Positions 1 through 10,126 are shown, counted from the first letter of the stretch. The stretch is DNA of 64,000 nt from an uncultured delta proteobacterium (GCA_963696385.1 CAVOKF010000008.1:768001-832000), one strand, 5' to 3'. Notes: generated from the letters alone by a model not told the origin. Made by a program: numbers and translations.

Positions 1-448
1 CACGACGGTCTCGCTGCGCGAGGGGGAGTCGACCGTGTTCGACGTGGCTCTGGTGGAAGTCGTCCCGCCCGTCGCCACCGTCCCGGCCGTCCCCATCCGC
101 GCCCCACCCGCCGATCGGCCCGCGTGGGGCGGCGCTGGAGCCGGCGCCACGACGGTCGTCTCCGTGGGCTTGGCCGCTTTCGGGGTCGTCGCGTTCGTGG
201 TCGCCGGCACGGACCGCAGTGAGGCGATTCGCCAATGCCGCACCCTGGCGAGCCCCAACCCCGACGCGTGCGACGGGCTGAAGAACGATGTGCGCGCCTG
301 GGACTGGACGGCGGCCGCAGCGTGGGGCGCCGCGGGAGTCACCGGGATTGCCGCGGCCGTGCTGTGGAGCCGGCCGTCCCTTCGCACGGCATCCTGGGGT
401 CGGCTCGTCGTCGGCCCGACGTCCATCGGCGTCGCGGGGAGCTTCTGA
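1..448 (+). CDS. C-terminal part of a membrane protein (PEGA/TPR-protein-like C-terminus typical of Polyangiaceae); 5' end outside window
   Basis: Open frame from the window edge with two hydrophobic segments and a C-terminal LVVGPTSIGVAGSF beta-strand-like end. Confidence 0.55.
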   Translation, partial: TTVSLREGESTVFDVALVEVVPPVATVPAVPIRAPPADRPAWGGAGAGATTVVSVGLAAFGVVAFVVAGTDRSEAIRQCRTLASPNPDACDGLKNDVRAWDWTAAAAWGAAGVTGIAAAVLWSRPSLRTASWGRLVVGPTSIGVAGSF

Positions 449-449
449 C

Positions 450-1592
450 ATGCGGGCGCTCGAGGCCTGTCGGTGTGCTCTGGTGGGGGTCGCCAGCTTT
501 CCACTGGTCGCGTGCGTCGATCTATTCCATTCCACCGACGACATCCTCACGGCATGCCAGATCGACGCCACGACGCCCGGCTGCACCCCGGCGAGCGACG
601 GCTCGTCGCCGGGAATCGACGCCGCGGACGCGCGGCTGCCCGCAGACTTCTGCGATTGGACTCCCGCACAGGCCCAAGCCGCGGCGCGGCGCACTTGCGC
701 ATGGCTGGGCGCGTGCGAATCGCCGATGGGCGGCAACGCCTTCGGAGCTTGCATGATTCAAGCTCTTCTGGCGTTCGACTGTGCCGCGAATCCGAACCAC
801 CCCGTGCTGGGGGTCGCGCGCGAAGGTTGGGCGTGCCTCGTCGCCGCAACGAGCTGTCAGGATGTCAGCCAGTGCATCTTCCCGGCCGGTCCACCCGCGT
901 GCGCGAACGCCGGCGACGTGACGGCTTGCTCTACCGCGTTGGTGGGCGGGGCCGCCGACTCCGTACGCTACGAGTGCGGCGGGGAAGCGGGTGGAGCGGT
1001 TTGGGGCGAGAGCTGCACGTTGTGGGGCGAGACCTGCGTCCCGCAGGGTACGGCCGCCACGTGCGGGGGTGGAACCGGATGCGACGCGGGAGTGCTTGCG
1101 AGCTGCGACCAGGATCTCACCCTCGTGCACTGGTGCGGCACCGACGGTGAAGACCTCGGGCTCGACTGCGCCGGCAGCGGCGCCGGGCATTGCGGCGGTT
1201 TCCCAACCTCCGACGCCAGCTGGACGGCATGCGTGCCGCTGGCCGCGGCCGATGCGTCAACCAGCTGCGATGCGACCCTGAGCGTCACGTGCATGAACGG
1301 CACGGCGCTATCGTGCCCGACAGGGGTCCCCGAAAGGGTCGATTGCTCGGCCTTGCTGGGTGGCTGGGTCGACGCCTGCAGCCCGGGCACTCTGAACCCC
1401 CCGTTCGATTGGACGAGCCCTTGCGGCCTGCCGGAGCCCTGTCCCGCCGACACGTGCGACGGCTCCGTTCTCACCGGGTGCAGTCGGGGAGCGACATTCA
1501 GCGTCGACTGCGCCGTCGAGGACCTGAAGCCATGTCGCCTGGTGGCCACGGACGCAGGCTCCGAGCCGCACGCCGCCTGTTCGCCTCCCTGA
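450..1592 (+). CDS. Cys-rich secreted lipoprotein, hypothetical
   Basis: ATG at 450 directly after the upstream TGA; lipobox-like LVAC; very Cys-rich. Confidence 0.7.
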   Translation: MRALEACRCALVGVASFPLVACVDLFHSTDDILTACQIDATTPGCTPASDGSSPGIDAADARLPADFCDWTPAQAQAAARRTCAWLGACESPMGGNAFGACMIQALLAFDCAANPNHPVLGVAREGWACLVAATSCQDVSQCIFPAGPPACANAGDVTACSTALVGGAADSVRYECGGEAGGAVWGESCTLWGETCVPQGTAATCGGGTGCDAGVLASCDQDLTLVHWCGTDGEDLGLDCAGSGAGHCGGFPTSDASWTACVPLAAADASTSCDATLSVTCMNGTALSCPTGVPERVDCSALLGGWVDACSPGTLNPPFDWTSPCGLPEPCPADTCDGSVLTGCSRGATFSVDCAVEDLKPCRLVATDAGSEPHAACSPP

Positions 1593-1635
1593 CGTTTGTC
1601 CGGATTGAGTCGAGCCATCTATCCTCTACGCGCCC

Positions 1636-2424
1636 ATGCCCGACGATCGCCGCAGTGCCCGACGCGCCCGGGTCTCGGGAGTCCGGGTGACCGTCGAGAA
1701 CGCGACGGGGGCGCGACTGGAGGCGCAGGTCTTCGATGTGAGCCGCGGCGGGCTCTTCGTGCGGACCGACGGGCGCGTGGCGATCGGCAAGCGTCTTTCC
1801 CTGGAGATCCAGGTCGCCGGCCAGCCCTCGGCATGGCCGGCGCTGGGTCGCGTCGTATGGGTCCGACCGTCGGCGGAGGGACCCGATCGGCCGGCCGGCC
1901 TGGGGGTTACGCTCATTGACGTCGACGACGCCGTCTCCCAAGCGATCGATCGGCTGGTCGAGGCCTCCGAACGCGGCGACGGGGCATCGGGCAGCCGGTC
2001 GGCGGGACTCGCTCGGACGATTTTCGGAATGGGCGCGCTGCCGGCGACCCACGTGCCCGTGAGACCGACCGTCTCGATTGTCGCAAGCGACGTCGCGGGC
2101 GGACCCCCACCTGAAGAGCCATCGACGGCGCAAGCGACGATCGTCCAGAGCGCGGCTTGGGCGGCGGAGACGGCCGAGGCCAGTCTGACGATCGACCTCG
2201 TCGCGCGGAGGACCGATCCGTTGCCGGTGTCCGAGCGCAAGGAGTACGATCGGGCGCCGGTCGACGACGAGCCCATCGTGATCCCGAAGCGCCATGGCGG
2301 CGCGATCGTGGTCGGGCTGCTGCTGGTCAGCGTCGTGGCGGCGGCTGGGTACGCTTTTCGCGACTGGCTGCCGGTCGCCTGGACGACGTCGACGTCGATC
2401 GTCCATCGACTCCTGATTCACTGA
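1636..2424 (+). CDS. PilZ-domain membrane protein (myxobacterial TIGR02266-like)
   Basis: RRSARR (RxxxR) and DVSRGG (DxSxxG) c-di-GMP motifs, GRVVWVR, C-terminal TM helix. Confidence 0.8.
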   Translation: MPDDRRSARRARVSGVRVTVENATGARLEAQVFDVSRGGLFVRTDGRVAIGKRLSLEIQVAGQPSAWPALGRVVWVRPSAEGPDRPAGLGVTLIDVDDAVSQAIDRLVEASERGDGASGSRSAGLARTIFGMGALPATHVPVRPTVSIVASDVAGGPPPEEPSTAQATIVQSAAWAAETAEASLTIDLVARRTDPLPVSERKEYDRAPVDDEPIVIPKRHGGAIVVGLLLVSVVAAAGYAFRDWLPVAWTTSTSIVHRLLIH

Positions 2425-2492
2425 AGACGCTGCCCTCCGACGGCATGCGTGGCCGCGGAAGCGGGATCGGCGTCCCCACCGGCACGCACACC

Positions 2493-2520
2493 TTGACCTC
2501 CGTTATAGCGGACATAGGAT
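2493..2520 (+). promoter_or_regulatory. Putative sigma70-type promoter of the peroxiredoxin gene
   Basis: TTGACC-16 nt-TAGGAT; the spacer holds the near-palindrome TCCGTTATAGCGGA. Confidence 0.4.
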
Positions 2521-2570
2521 CCCGTCACCCGGAACTCGACGGCGACCGGAGCCCAACGAGGAGAAACGCG

Positions 2571-3209
2571 ATGGCCATTCAGCTCGGCGACATAGCCCCC
2601 GATTTCACCCAAGACTCGACCGAAGGACCGATTCACTTCCACGAGTGGCTCGGCAAATCTTGGGGCATTCTCTTCTCGCACCCGAAAGACTTCACTCCCG
2701 TGTGCACCACCGAACTCGGCGCCGTCGCCAAGCTGAAGCCCGAGTTCGACAAGCGCAACGTCAAGGTCATTGCAGTGAGTGTCGACGACGTCCCCTCTCA
2801 TCGCAAGTGGACCGCCGACATCGAAGAAACTCAACGCACCAAACTGAATTACCCGATCTTGGGCGACCCCGACCGCACGGTGGCTTCGCTTTTCGGGATG
2901 ATTCACCCCAAGGCGAGCGACACGCTGACGGTACGCTCCGTGTTCGTCATTGACCCGAACAAGAAGGTCCGGCTCACGCTCACCTACCCGGCCAGCACGG
3001 GGCGCAACTTCGACGAGATCTTGCGCGTCATCGATTCACTTCAGCTGACCGACTCGCACGCCGTGGCGACACCCGCCAACTGGAAGAACGGCGACGACGT
3101 GATCATCGTCCCTTCGCTCCAAGATCCCGAAGTCATCAAGCAGCGGTTTCCGAAAGGCTACACGGCCGTTCGACCGTACTTGCGGGTCACGCCGCAGCCG
3201 AACAAATAG
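2571..3209 (+). CDS. 1-Cys peroxiredoxin (Prx6 subfamily)
   Basis: FSHPKDFTPVCTTE signature and YPASTGRNFDEILR; RBS GAGGAG before ATG 2571. Confidence 0.95.
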   Translation: MAIQLGDIAPDFTQDSTEGPIHFHEWLGKSWGILFSHPKDFTPVCTTELGAVAKLKPEFDKRNVKVIAVSVDDVPSHRKWTADIEETQRTKLNYPILGDPDRTVASLFGMIHPKASDTLTVRSVFVIDPNKKVRLTLTYPASTGRNFDEILRVIDSLQLTDSHAVATPANWKNGDDVIIVPSLQDPEVIKQRFPKGYTAVRPYLRVTPQPNK

Positions 3210-3230
3210 CCCGCCCGGTCGGGATCCCGA

Positions 3231-3506
3231 TCACCGAGCGACGCCCGGCGAAGCGGGTCGCAACGGCTGGTCGGCCGGACCGGTGGCCGCGGGCGGGATC
3301 GGAGCGACCGCCGTCGCCGATGGCGGGGTCGTGGCAGAAGCCGGGGGCGCCGCGACCCGCGGCGCCGTCGGGGTCTCCGCGGCGTGCAGGTCGCCCATGT
3401 AGGTGTCGCGCTCCGAGTTGCTCGAATAGGAGTCTTGGCAGCCGAGAGACACTCCAGCCGAAAAGGCGACGGCAGTCAGAACGAAAACGGGAAGGCCTCG
3501 CTGCAT
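3231..3506 (-). CDS. Small hypothetical lipoprotein
   Basis: Signal peptide ending SLGC, followed by a Pro/Ala-rich tail. Confidence 0.55.
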   Translation of the reverse strand: MQRGLPVFVLTAVAFSAGVSLGCQDSYSSNSERDTYMGDLHAAETPTAPRVAAPPASATTPPSATAVAPIPPAATGPADQPLRPASPGVAR

Positions 3507-3665
3507 GGCCTGGCCTTTTACAGCCCCGTCGGCAAAGAAGCGAGGGGGGTATTGCGTCTTCGGGCAGGGCCTGCTCCCGGGTCGGGTCGCCGGCTTTCGG
3601 CCGAGGTTCTACTCTCGGCGGGGGATTGCGAGTCGCGACGCCGCATTCTCCGCATCGGGAGCGAA

Positions 3666-4841
3666 TTGAAGACCATCCTGCACGTGGACATGGACGCATT
3701 CTTTGCCTCCGTGGAACAGCGCGACGACGCGGCCCTGAGAGGCCAGCCGGTGATTGTCGGCGGTCGTTCGCGCCGCGGTGTCGTCCTTGCCGCGTCGTAC
3801 GAAGTTCGCCCGTTCGGCGTTCGGTCGGCGATGCCCATGGCCGAAGCCCTGCGACGCGCACCCCACGCCATCGTCGTGCCGCCGCACCGCGACCGCTACG
3901 AAGCGGTGAGCGCCGCCGCGTTCGGCATCTTTAGACGGTACACGCCGCTGGTCGAACCTCTGTCGCTCGACGAGGCGTTCCTCGACGTGACGGCGAGCCG
4001 CGCGCTCTTCGGCGACGGCGAGTCGATCGCGCGCGCGATCCAACACGACATCCGCCTCGAACTCGGTCTGACCGCGTCCGCCGGCGTGGCGCCTTGCAAG
4101 TTCGCCGCGAAGATCGCGAGCGATCTGCGAAAGCCCGACGGGCTCGTGGTGGTGCCACCCGACGGCGTCGCGGCCTTTCTCGACCCGCTGCCGGTCGAGC
4201 TCATGTGGGGTCTCGGACCGAAGACGGCGCCCCGCATCCGCGCCATGGGCTACCGCACGCTCGGAGACCTGGCGCGAGCCGAACCCCACGCACTCGAAAC
4301 GTTGTTCGGTCGGCGCGGACAGACCGTCGCCCGGATGGCGCGGGGAGACGACCGTCGAAACGTGGAGGCAGGCGACCCAGGACGAACCATCGGCGCCGAA
4401 GAGACCTACGATCAGGACCTCGTCGGCTTCGAGGCCATCGGCCGCACGCTGCTGGCGCACGCGAGTCGCGTGGCGCGGCGGCTGACGAACGCGAACGCCA
4501 GTGCCCGCACGGTGGCGATCAAGATCAAGTACTCGGACTTCGACGTGCGCACGCGCGCCATGACGCTGGCGGAACCGGTGCGGGATACCGACACCCTGTA
4601 CGCCGCCGCAATCGAGCTTTTGGCACGCATACCGCTCCAAGGGCGCCGCGTGCGGCTGACGGGTGTGAGCGTCCGAGCCATCGCGTGGGGACCTCCACCG
4701 CCTACGCTGCTGCCCGATCCGCAGGCGCAGCGACGACAACGGATCGAAGAGGTCGCCGCCCAGATCGTCGACCGGTACCGCGATGATCGAGCGGTGACTC
4801 GGGCGACGTTGCTCGGAAGGATCCCTCGAAGCCCACCGTAG
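3666..4841 (+). CDS. dinB: DNA polymerase IV (Y family)
   Basis: ILHVDMDAFFASVEQ, ASYEVRPFGVRSAM, PLSLDEAFLD, AKIASD; TTG start at 3666 inferred. Confidence 0.93.
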   Translation: MKTILHVDMDAFFASVEQRDDAALRGQPVIVGGRSRRGVVLAASYEVRPFGVRSAMPMAEALRRAPHAIVVPPHRDRYEAVSAAAFGIFRRYTPLVEPLSLDEAFLDVTASRALFGDGESIARAIQHDIRLELGLTASAGVAPCKFAAKIASDLRKPDGLVVVPPDGVAAFLDPLPVELMWGLGPKTAPRIRAMGYRTLGDLARAEPHALETLFGRRGQTVARMARGDDRRNVEAGDPGRTIGAEETYDQDLVGFEAIGRTLLAHASRVARRLTNANASARTVAIKIKYSDFDVRTRAMTLAEPVRDTDTLYAAAIELLARIPLQGRRVRLTGVSVRAIAWGPPPPTLLPDPQAQRRQRIEEVAAQIVDRYRDDRAVTRATLLGRIPRSPP

Positions 4842-4962
4842 GCAACGATGTGTGCGGGCCCATCGGGTTGGCTTGCCGGCGGGTGCACTACGCCGCACGC
4901 TTTCGTTGGATTCTCGGCCGTTGGCTGGTGCCCCGTTGCCTTGCGCGATACGATGCAATTCA

Positions 4963-5523
4963 ATGCGCGGCGTTCGACACTCGCGAGGCTTCACGCTGAT
5001 CGAGGCGCTCATCGTCGTCGTCATCATCGGCATTCTCGCGGCGCTCGCCGTCGTCGCGTACCAACGCTGGGTTCGGACCGCTCGCCTGGGCGAGGCGCAG
5101 GACTTGGTCGCCCACATTCGAAGCGCGCAAGAATCGTATCGCTCCGAGAACGGCAACTACTTGAACGTTTCGAATGGTCTCGGTTCGCAGTACCTGTATC
5201 CGGCGGCCCCGCCCGGTGCGTTCAAAACTCAATGGGGGGGACCGTGCAGCGTGTGCGTGAACCCCAACGCGTGGTCGTGGCTCGCCGTCTCGCCGGCGAA
5301 CCCCGTCTGGTACGGGTACGCCGTGGTCGCAGGCCCGAGCACCGCGCCGCCTTCCGGTCTGACCGTCACCGTCAACGGCACTGCGGTGAGCTTGAGCACG
5401 ATGTCGGGACAGCCCTGGTACATCGTCCAGGCGATGGGAGACACGAACGGCGACTCCGTTTTCACCACCGTTTACGGTTTCTCGAACACCAATCAGATCA
5501 TGGTCGACAAGGAAGGCGAATGA
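4963..5523 (+). CDS. Type IV pilin-like protein (prepilin N-terminal methylation domain)
   Basis: RG|FTLIEALIVVVIIGILAALA class III signal peptide with Glu5. Confidence 0.9.
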   Translation: MRGVRHSRGFTLIEALIVVVIIGILAALAVVAYQRWVRTARLGEAQDLVAHIRSAQESYRSENGNYLNVSNGLGSQYLYPAAPPGAFKTQWGGPCSVCVNPNAWSWLAVSPANPVWYGYAVVAGPSTAPPSGLTVTVNGTAVSLSTMSGQPWYIVQAMGDTNGDSVFTTVYGFSNTNQIMVDKEGE

Positions 5524-7191
5524 TCAGCGCCCCTCGTCTCGCGCGTCGCGGCCGAGGGAGTGCTCGAGACGGATGCGCGCGATTCGAGCGTCGGTCTTCG
5601 CGTTGAGCAAATCCAGGCGGGCTCGGGTGAGATCCGTCTCCGCATCGGTCAGCGTCGTCGACGTGCCACGGCCGTTGTTGAAGAGCTCTCGCTGCACGCG
5701 GTACGCCTCGGCGGCGCTCGTGAGTTCCCGAGTGCTCGACTCGATCGAGAAATCGGCCTGGTGCACGTTCTGCCAGGCCTGAGTGACCTCGACCTCGATG
5801 CCGTCGCGCGTGTTGTTCTTGTTGGCATCGGTCGCCGCGGCGCGCGCCTCGGCCTCGGTCGTCGATCCGTTCGCGGTCAGAACGTCGTTGGGCGACCAAG
5901 TGATTTGAGCGCCGACGTCCCAGGTCGGAAACCAAACCTTGGTCAGCGGGAAGTACCGCTGGTTAGGGCTCGCGTAGATCCCGTCGGCGAACGCGCTGAG
6001 GTTCGGATAGCGCCCGGCCGCGGCGGCTGCGGCTTGTTCGCGGGCCGATGCCGCATTGGCATCCGCGCTCTTCACTTCAGGCCGCCCGCCAAGCGCCTCG
6101 GCAATCAGCTGACTGAGCTGTCCTTGTACCGGACGTACGGTGGTCTCCAGGTCTTCGCCGGGCAACAGGGCGACGTCCGGGCCCGCGTGGATGGCGACGC
6201 GCAATTGTTTCTCCGACAGGTCCGCCAAGTTTTTCGCTTGCTCGAGCGTGAGCTCGGCCGATGCGAGTGCCGTTTCGGCGCGCAGCACGTCCGCCTTCGA
6301 CGCATTGCCCACCTCGAACTGATTTCGCGCGTCTCGCACGTGGGTCTTCTGGTCGTTGAGCGCTTGAACCGCCACGATGACCGCTCCCCTGGCCCGCAGC
6401 CAGGTGTAGTAGGCGACCCGTCCGTTTGCCGACGCCGTCGCGCGCGCGGCGATGAGATCCCATCGAGCCGCGTCCTCGGAGCGCGTTGCGGCCGTGTAGT
6501 TCTGATCGATCCTCAAGAAGTAGTCGCTGATGGGAATGCTGATCGAGGCTTGCAAGAGCCAGTTGTTCAGGACCAGCGGAAAGGCGAGCCCTTGCGTGAT
6601 GGGAATGCAGGGAATGGCCGCCGAACAGGCAGCCGGCAGGGCGGCTCCGGGCGCGATGGGCGGAACGTTCTCGGCCACCACGAGCGCCGATCCCGGAGGA
6701 CCGAACGGGATCGTAGGCGGCGTGAAGTTGCTCAACCGCGAGTATTTGCCGAGCACCGACAGGCGAGGCAAAAACGAGGCCCAGGCCTCGTCGACGCGAG
6801 CGGCGGCGCCCCGCAGATCTTGTTCAGTCGCCTTGGCGGACCAACTGGTCGCTGCTGCGCGCACGCCCGCTTGATCGGCGGTGATCCCGCCCGGATGCGC
6901 CTGAACGAGGTCCGTCGGAACCGGCAACGGGGCCGTCTCCTCGGCCACCGCCGTGCCCGAATTCGGAGAGGCCCAATCGGTCGGCCACGCGCCATTGGGG
7001 GCCGGACCCGGATTGGGGGCTGGGGCCGGCGCAACCGCCAAATCGGGCGGCGGGGCCCCACTGCCCCGAACCGCGGGCTCCAAGGCCACGGGCTTCTCGG
7101 CCGGAGCGGCAGACTGCGCTCCGGCCACCGTTCCGAACGTTGACACGGCCACGAGGACCATGACCCCGCCGACTCCCACAGCTATCCGCAT
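5524..7191 (-). CDS. TolC-family outer membrane efflux protein
   Basis: Signal peptide from MRIAVG; two OEP repeats (FLPRLSV...ASKADVLRAE and RYPNLSA...GTSTTLTDAE). Confidence 0.88.
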   Translation of the reverse strand: MRIAVGVGGVMVLVAVSTFGTVAGAQSAAPAEKPVALEPAVRGSGAPPPDLAVAPAPAPNPGPAPNGAWPTDWASPNSGTAVAEETAPLPVPTDLVQAHPGGITADQAGVRAAATSWSAKATEQDLRGAAARVDEAWASFLPRLSVLGKYSRLSNFTPPTIPFGPPGSALVVAENVPPIAPGAALPAACSAAIPCIPITQGLAFPLVLNNWLLQASISIPISDYFLRIDQNYTAATRSEDAARWDLIAARATASANGRVAYYTWLRARGAVIVAVQALNDQKTHVRDARNQFEVGNASKADVLRAETALASAELTLEQAKNLADLSEKQLRVAIHAGPDVALLPGEDLETTVRPVQGQLSQLIAEALGGRPEVKSADANAASAREQAAAAAAGRYPNLSAFADGIYASPNQRYFPLTKVWFPTWDVGAQITWSPNDVLTANGSTTEAEARAAATDANKNNTRDGIEVEVTQAWQNVHQADFSIESSTRELTSAAEAYRVQRELFNNGRGTSTTLTDAETDLTRARLDLLNAKTDARIARIRLEHSLGRDARDEGR

Positions 7192-7319
7192 CGACCTTGG
7201 TCCTTTCGAAACGTCTCGCAGGCTGCTCGTGCGGCGGCAGCCTAATGCAATCGGCGCCCGGTCCGGCGTCGAAAGACGACCGCACACGGGCGCCGCACGG
7301 GATCCGTTATGCTCCGGGC

Positions 7320-8090
7320 GTGCAGCACCAGGACGCCGATGCCGTGTGGGCCCGCATCGCGGCGCTCGCTTGCGCAGCACCGGGCGGCGTAGTCGCCACC
7401 GATGGGGACGGGACACTGTGGAGCGGCGACGTCGGGGAAGACCTGTTCCACGCATTTCTCAGGCATGGGCACGCGGAGCCCCCCGCGCTCGAAGCACTCC
7501 GGCAGACCGCGCGCCAGCACGCCCTGTCCGATGCAGGCGGGGGTTCGGACATCGCGCGCAGAATTTACGGAGCGTATTTGGACGGCGGTTTTCCCGAAGA
7601 GCGGATCTGCGAGATCATGACCTGGTGTTTCGCGGGTTGGAGCCGCTCCGCCGTACGCGCCTTCGCACGCGACGTGGTCGGGCGATCCCAAATCGTCGCG
7701 CGGCTCCATCCGGAGCTCGTGCGCGTCCTCGATCGCGTGCGCGCGGCGGGGCTCGACATTCAGCTCGTCAGCGCTTCGCCGTTCGCGGTGGTCGCGGAGG
7801 CCGGGTCGTTGGTGGGGTTCGACGAGGACCACGTCGTGGCGGCGCACGCTCTCTACGAGGACGGCGTCATGTTGCCGGGCGTCGACCGCCCGATTCCCTA
7901 CGCCATGGGTAAAGTCACCCGGCTTCGTGAGCGCATCCCCGCCGGCGCGAGCCTGTACGCCGCTTTCGGCGACAACGCCTTCGACGTCGCCATGCTCGCG
8001 ACGGCGCACGTGGCCGTAGCCGTCCGTCCAAAGGACCGACTTCGCCAGCGCGCCGCCGAGGTGCCGGGAATGGTCGAACTTGCGCGCTAA
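7320..8090 (+). CDS. HAD-superfamily (IB) hydrolase
   Basis: DGDGTLW motif I, VSAS motif II, GK motif III, GDNAFD motif IV; start inferred. Confidence 0.85.
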   Translation: MQHQDADAVWARIAALACAAPGGVVATDGDGTLWSGDVGEDLFHAFLRHGHAEPPALEALRQTARQHALSDAGGGSDIARRIYGAYLDGGFPEERICEIMTWCFAGWSRSAVRAFARDVVGRSQIVARLHPELVRVLDRVRAAGLDIQLVSASPFAVVAEAGSLVGFDEDHVVAAHALYEDGVMLPGVDRPIPYAMGKVTRLRERIPAGASLYAAFGDNAFDVAMLATAHVAVAVRPKDRLRQRAAEVPGMVELAR

Positions 8091-8149
8091 ACCCAAAGCG
8101 AGTCCAAAAAAACGAAATGTCGAGCCGCGGCCATGGCGGCTCTTGCCGT

Positions 8150-9031
8150 TTAGCCCAGGGTCGACGACGGCGACCGCAGGTCGGCGAGAAAATCGACGAG
8201 CAGGGCATTCACACGATCCGGCGCGTGCTGCTGAACCCAGTGCGAGACGTTCGGCAGGAACTCGACACGCGCGTTCGGAACCCAAAGCGGCTCGGGAACG
8301 GCTAACTCCTTGCCTAGAAAACGATCGGCCTCTCCCCAGATGACCAATACCGGCGCATCGATCCGCTGTGAGGGCCGTGCACCCCCGAAAGCCGATTGCC
8401 GCAGCGCGGCCCGGTAATAGTGGACCGGCCCACGCAACCGATCGCGGCCCGTGGCCGCCGCGTCCACGAGACGCTGAATGTCGGCAGCCGCCATCGCGTC
8501 TCGCTCGAAGAGCTCGCGCAGCACCCGAAAGTCGTTGTTCGAGAGCCAGTGCTCGGGCAGCGCCGGAATTTGAAAAAAAAGAAAGTACCAGCTTTTCCTG
8601 GCCTGCCGCAGCGTCCACAGCGCCTGGGCCAGGCGTCGCGGATGCGGCGCATTGAGGATGACGAGCCGTTCGACCATCCGAGGGTGGCTCTGCGCAAACG
8701 ACCAGGCGACCGCTCCGCCCCAGTCGTGTCCAACGATCGCGGCCTTATCGGCACCACAGGAGCGGATGAGACCGGCCACATCGCTCTCGAGCCTCGAGAT
8801 GCGGTACGCGCTCACCGACGGTGGCTTGTCCGAGAGGTGGTATCCCCTCATATCGGGGGCCGCCACACGGAAACCCGCCCGCGCGAGCGCCCGAATCTGA
8901 TGGCGCCACGACCCCCAAAACTCGGGGAACCCATGCAGCAGCACGACCAGAGGCCCTTGGCCGGCCTCGACGACGTGAAGCCGCAGATCGCCCACGTCAA
9001 CGGCTCTGTGGGAAAACGGCTCGTCCTGCAT
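8150..9031 (-). CDS. Alpha/beta hydrolase, epoxide hydrolase-like
   Basis: LLHGFPEFW, GHDWGG nucleophile elbow, SHWVQ catalytic His. Confidence 0.92.
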   Translation of the reverse strand: MQDEPFSHRAVDVGDLRLHVVEAGQGPLVVLLHGFPEFWGSWRHQIRALARAGFRVAAPDMRGYHLSDKPPSVSAYRISRLESDVAGLIRSCGADKAAIVGHDWGGAVAWSFAQSHPRMVERLVILNAPHPRRLAQALWTLRQARKSWYFLFFQIPALPEHWLSNNDFRVLRELFERDAMAAADIQRLVDAAATGRDRLRGPVHYYRAALRQSAFGGARPSQRIDAPVLVIWGEADRFLGKELAVPEPLWVPNARVEFLPNVSHWVQQHAPDRVNALLVDFLADLRSPSSTLG

Positions 9032-9141
9032 CGCGTTCGCCTTTTTTGTTGGAAATTTCCCACTCGAACGCACGCAGTGGACGAATGCGCGAGCCCGCGC
9101 GACCCTGATTTCGGTCGATCCTGCGTTTTGGGCCCTGATTC

Positions 9142-10071
9142 ATGGCCGCAGGCGGCACCCAACAAGCCATGGAGTCCAGCGATTCGCCCGTTAGCCCTTC
9201 GAGCCCCTCGAGCTCGCCTAGCCTGCCCGCGGCGGTCCGGCTCGGCACTCTCCCCGCCCCGAGCATGCCGCCGCCGCCGCGCAGCCAGCGGCCGACGGGA
9301 GACGCCCCCATCCGCGACCGAGATTCGCCCATTCCATGGATTCCCGTCCCGACGCCTCCTCCTCCGTCGGCTCGCGACCGGGATGTGCCCGCGGCACTGG
9401 TTTCGCCGCTGAGCCCGCCTGCGCCGATTCGCGACCGGGACGTGCCCGCGGCACTGGTTTCGCCGCTGAGCCCGCCTGCGCCGATTCGCGACCGGGACGT
9501 GCCCACGGGTTTGCTTCCCGCACCGACCCCGCCTCCGCCGCCGATTCGCGATCGGGATTCGCCCGTCGCGCTCATCCCGCCGACCCCGGCTCCGGAGTCG
9601 GTCGCCGCCGGCCGAGCCATCGCCGATCAGCTCGCGGGGCTGGAGCGGTGGGCGAACGCCAATCGCCGCCATGCGACGCGGACGGCCGTTCGCTTCTGGC
9701 TTCTGAAGGCCGTGGCGGGCGGAGGCGCCATAGCAGCCTCGGTCGCAGCATCGTTCGGCTGGATGCCCTGGGTCGCCGCGTTGACCGCTCTGGTGGTTCT
9801 CGCGGTCGCCATCGACTCGGCCTCCTCCGCCCCACCCAATTTCGCCCACGAAATGGCATTCGCGGATATTCGGCATTTGCAAAACACCGTCAAACTGTCG
9901 TGGGACAAAGTCTGCGTCAGTCGTCCCGACCCGCAGGACCCTGCTCGTCAGCTGGCCGCGATTGCGATCCTCGACGACATTCAGGCCAGGCGCGATCAAA
10001 TCCGTCGTTACATGGGCAGTCCCGAGGCCGCCTTGGCCCAGCCCGGGGGGCCAACGGGGGGGCGGGCCTAA
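9142..10071 (+). CDS. Pro-rich repeat protein with a C-terminal two-TM (SLATT/DUF4231-like) domain
   Basis: N-terminal IRDRD/Pro repeats; C-terminal helix, two TM segments, helix. Confidence 0.65.
   Translation: MAAGGTQQAMESSDSPVSPSSPSSSPSLPAAVRLGTLPAPSMPPPPRSQRPTGDAPIRDRDSPIPWIPVPTPPPPSARDRDVPAALVSPLSPPAPIRDRDVPAALVSPLSPPAPIRDRDVPTGLLPAPTPPPPPIRDRDSPVALIPPTPAPESVAAGRAIADQLAGLERWANANRRHATRTAVRFWLLKAVAGGGAIAASVAASFGWMPWVAALTALVVLAVAIDSASSAPPNFAHEMAFADIRHLQNTVKLSWDKVCVSRPDPQDPARQLAAIAILDDIQARRDQIRRYMGSPEAALAQPGGPTGGRA
9372..9504 (+). repeat. 57-bp coding tandem repeat (about 2.3 copies)
   Basis: Units begin at 9372, 9429 and 9486 and encode RDRDVPAALVSPLSPPAPI. Confidence 0.9.
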
Positions 10072-10126
10072 CTAAACGCCCTTGCTCGAGCTCGCACCCG
10101 GCCTCTCGGTCAGGTAGTGTGGATCC

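Noticed and set aside
5560..7143. Long antisense or alternate-frame ORFs (also 12795-14747, 14119-16029, 25940-27526, 29250-31160, 38375-40093, 42779-44308)
   Set aside because: Shadow ORFs expected at high GC. They are Arg-rich, lack motifs and overlap well-supported genes.
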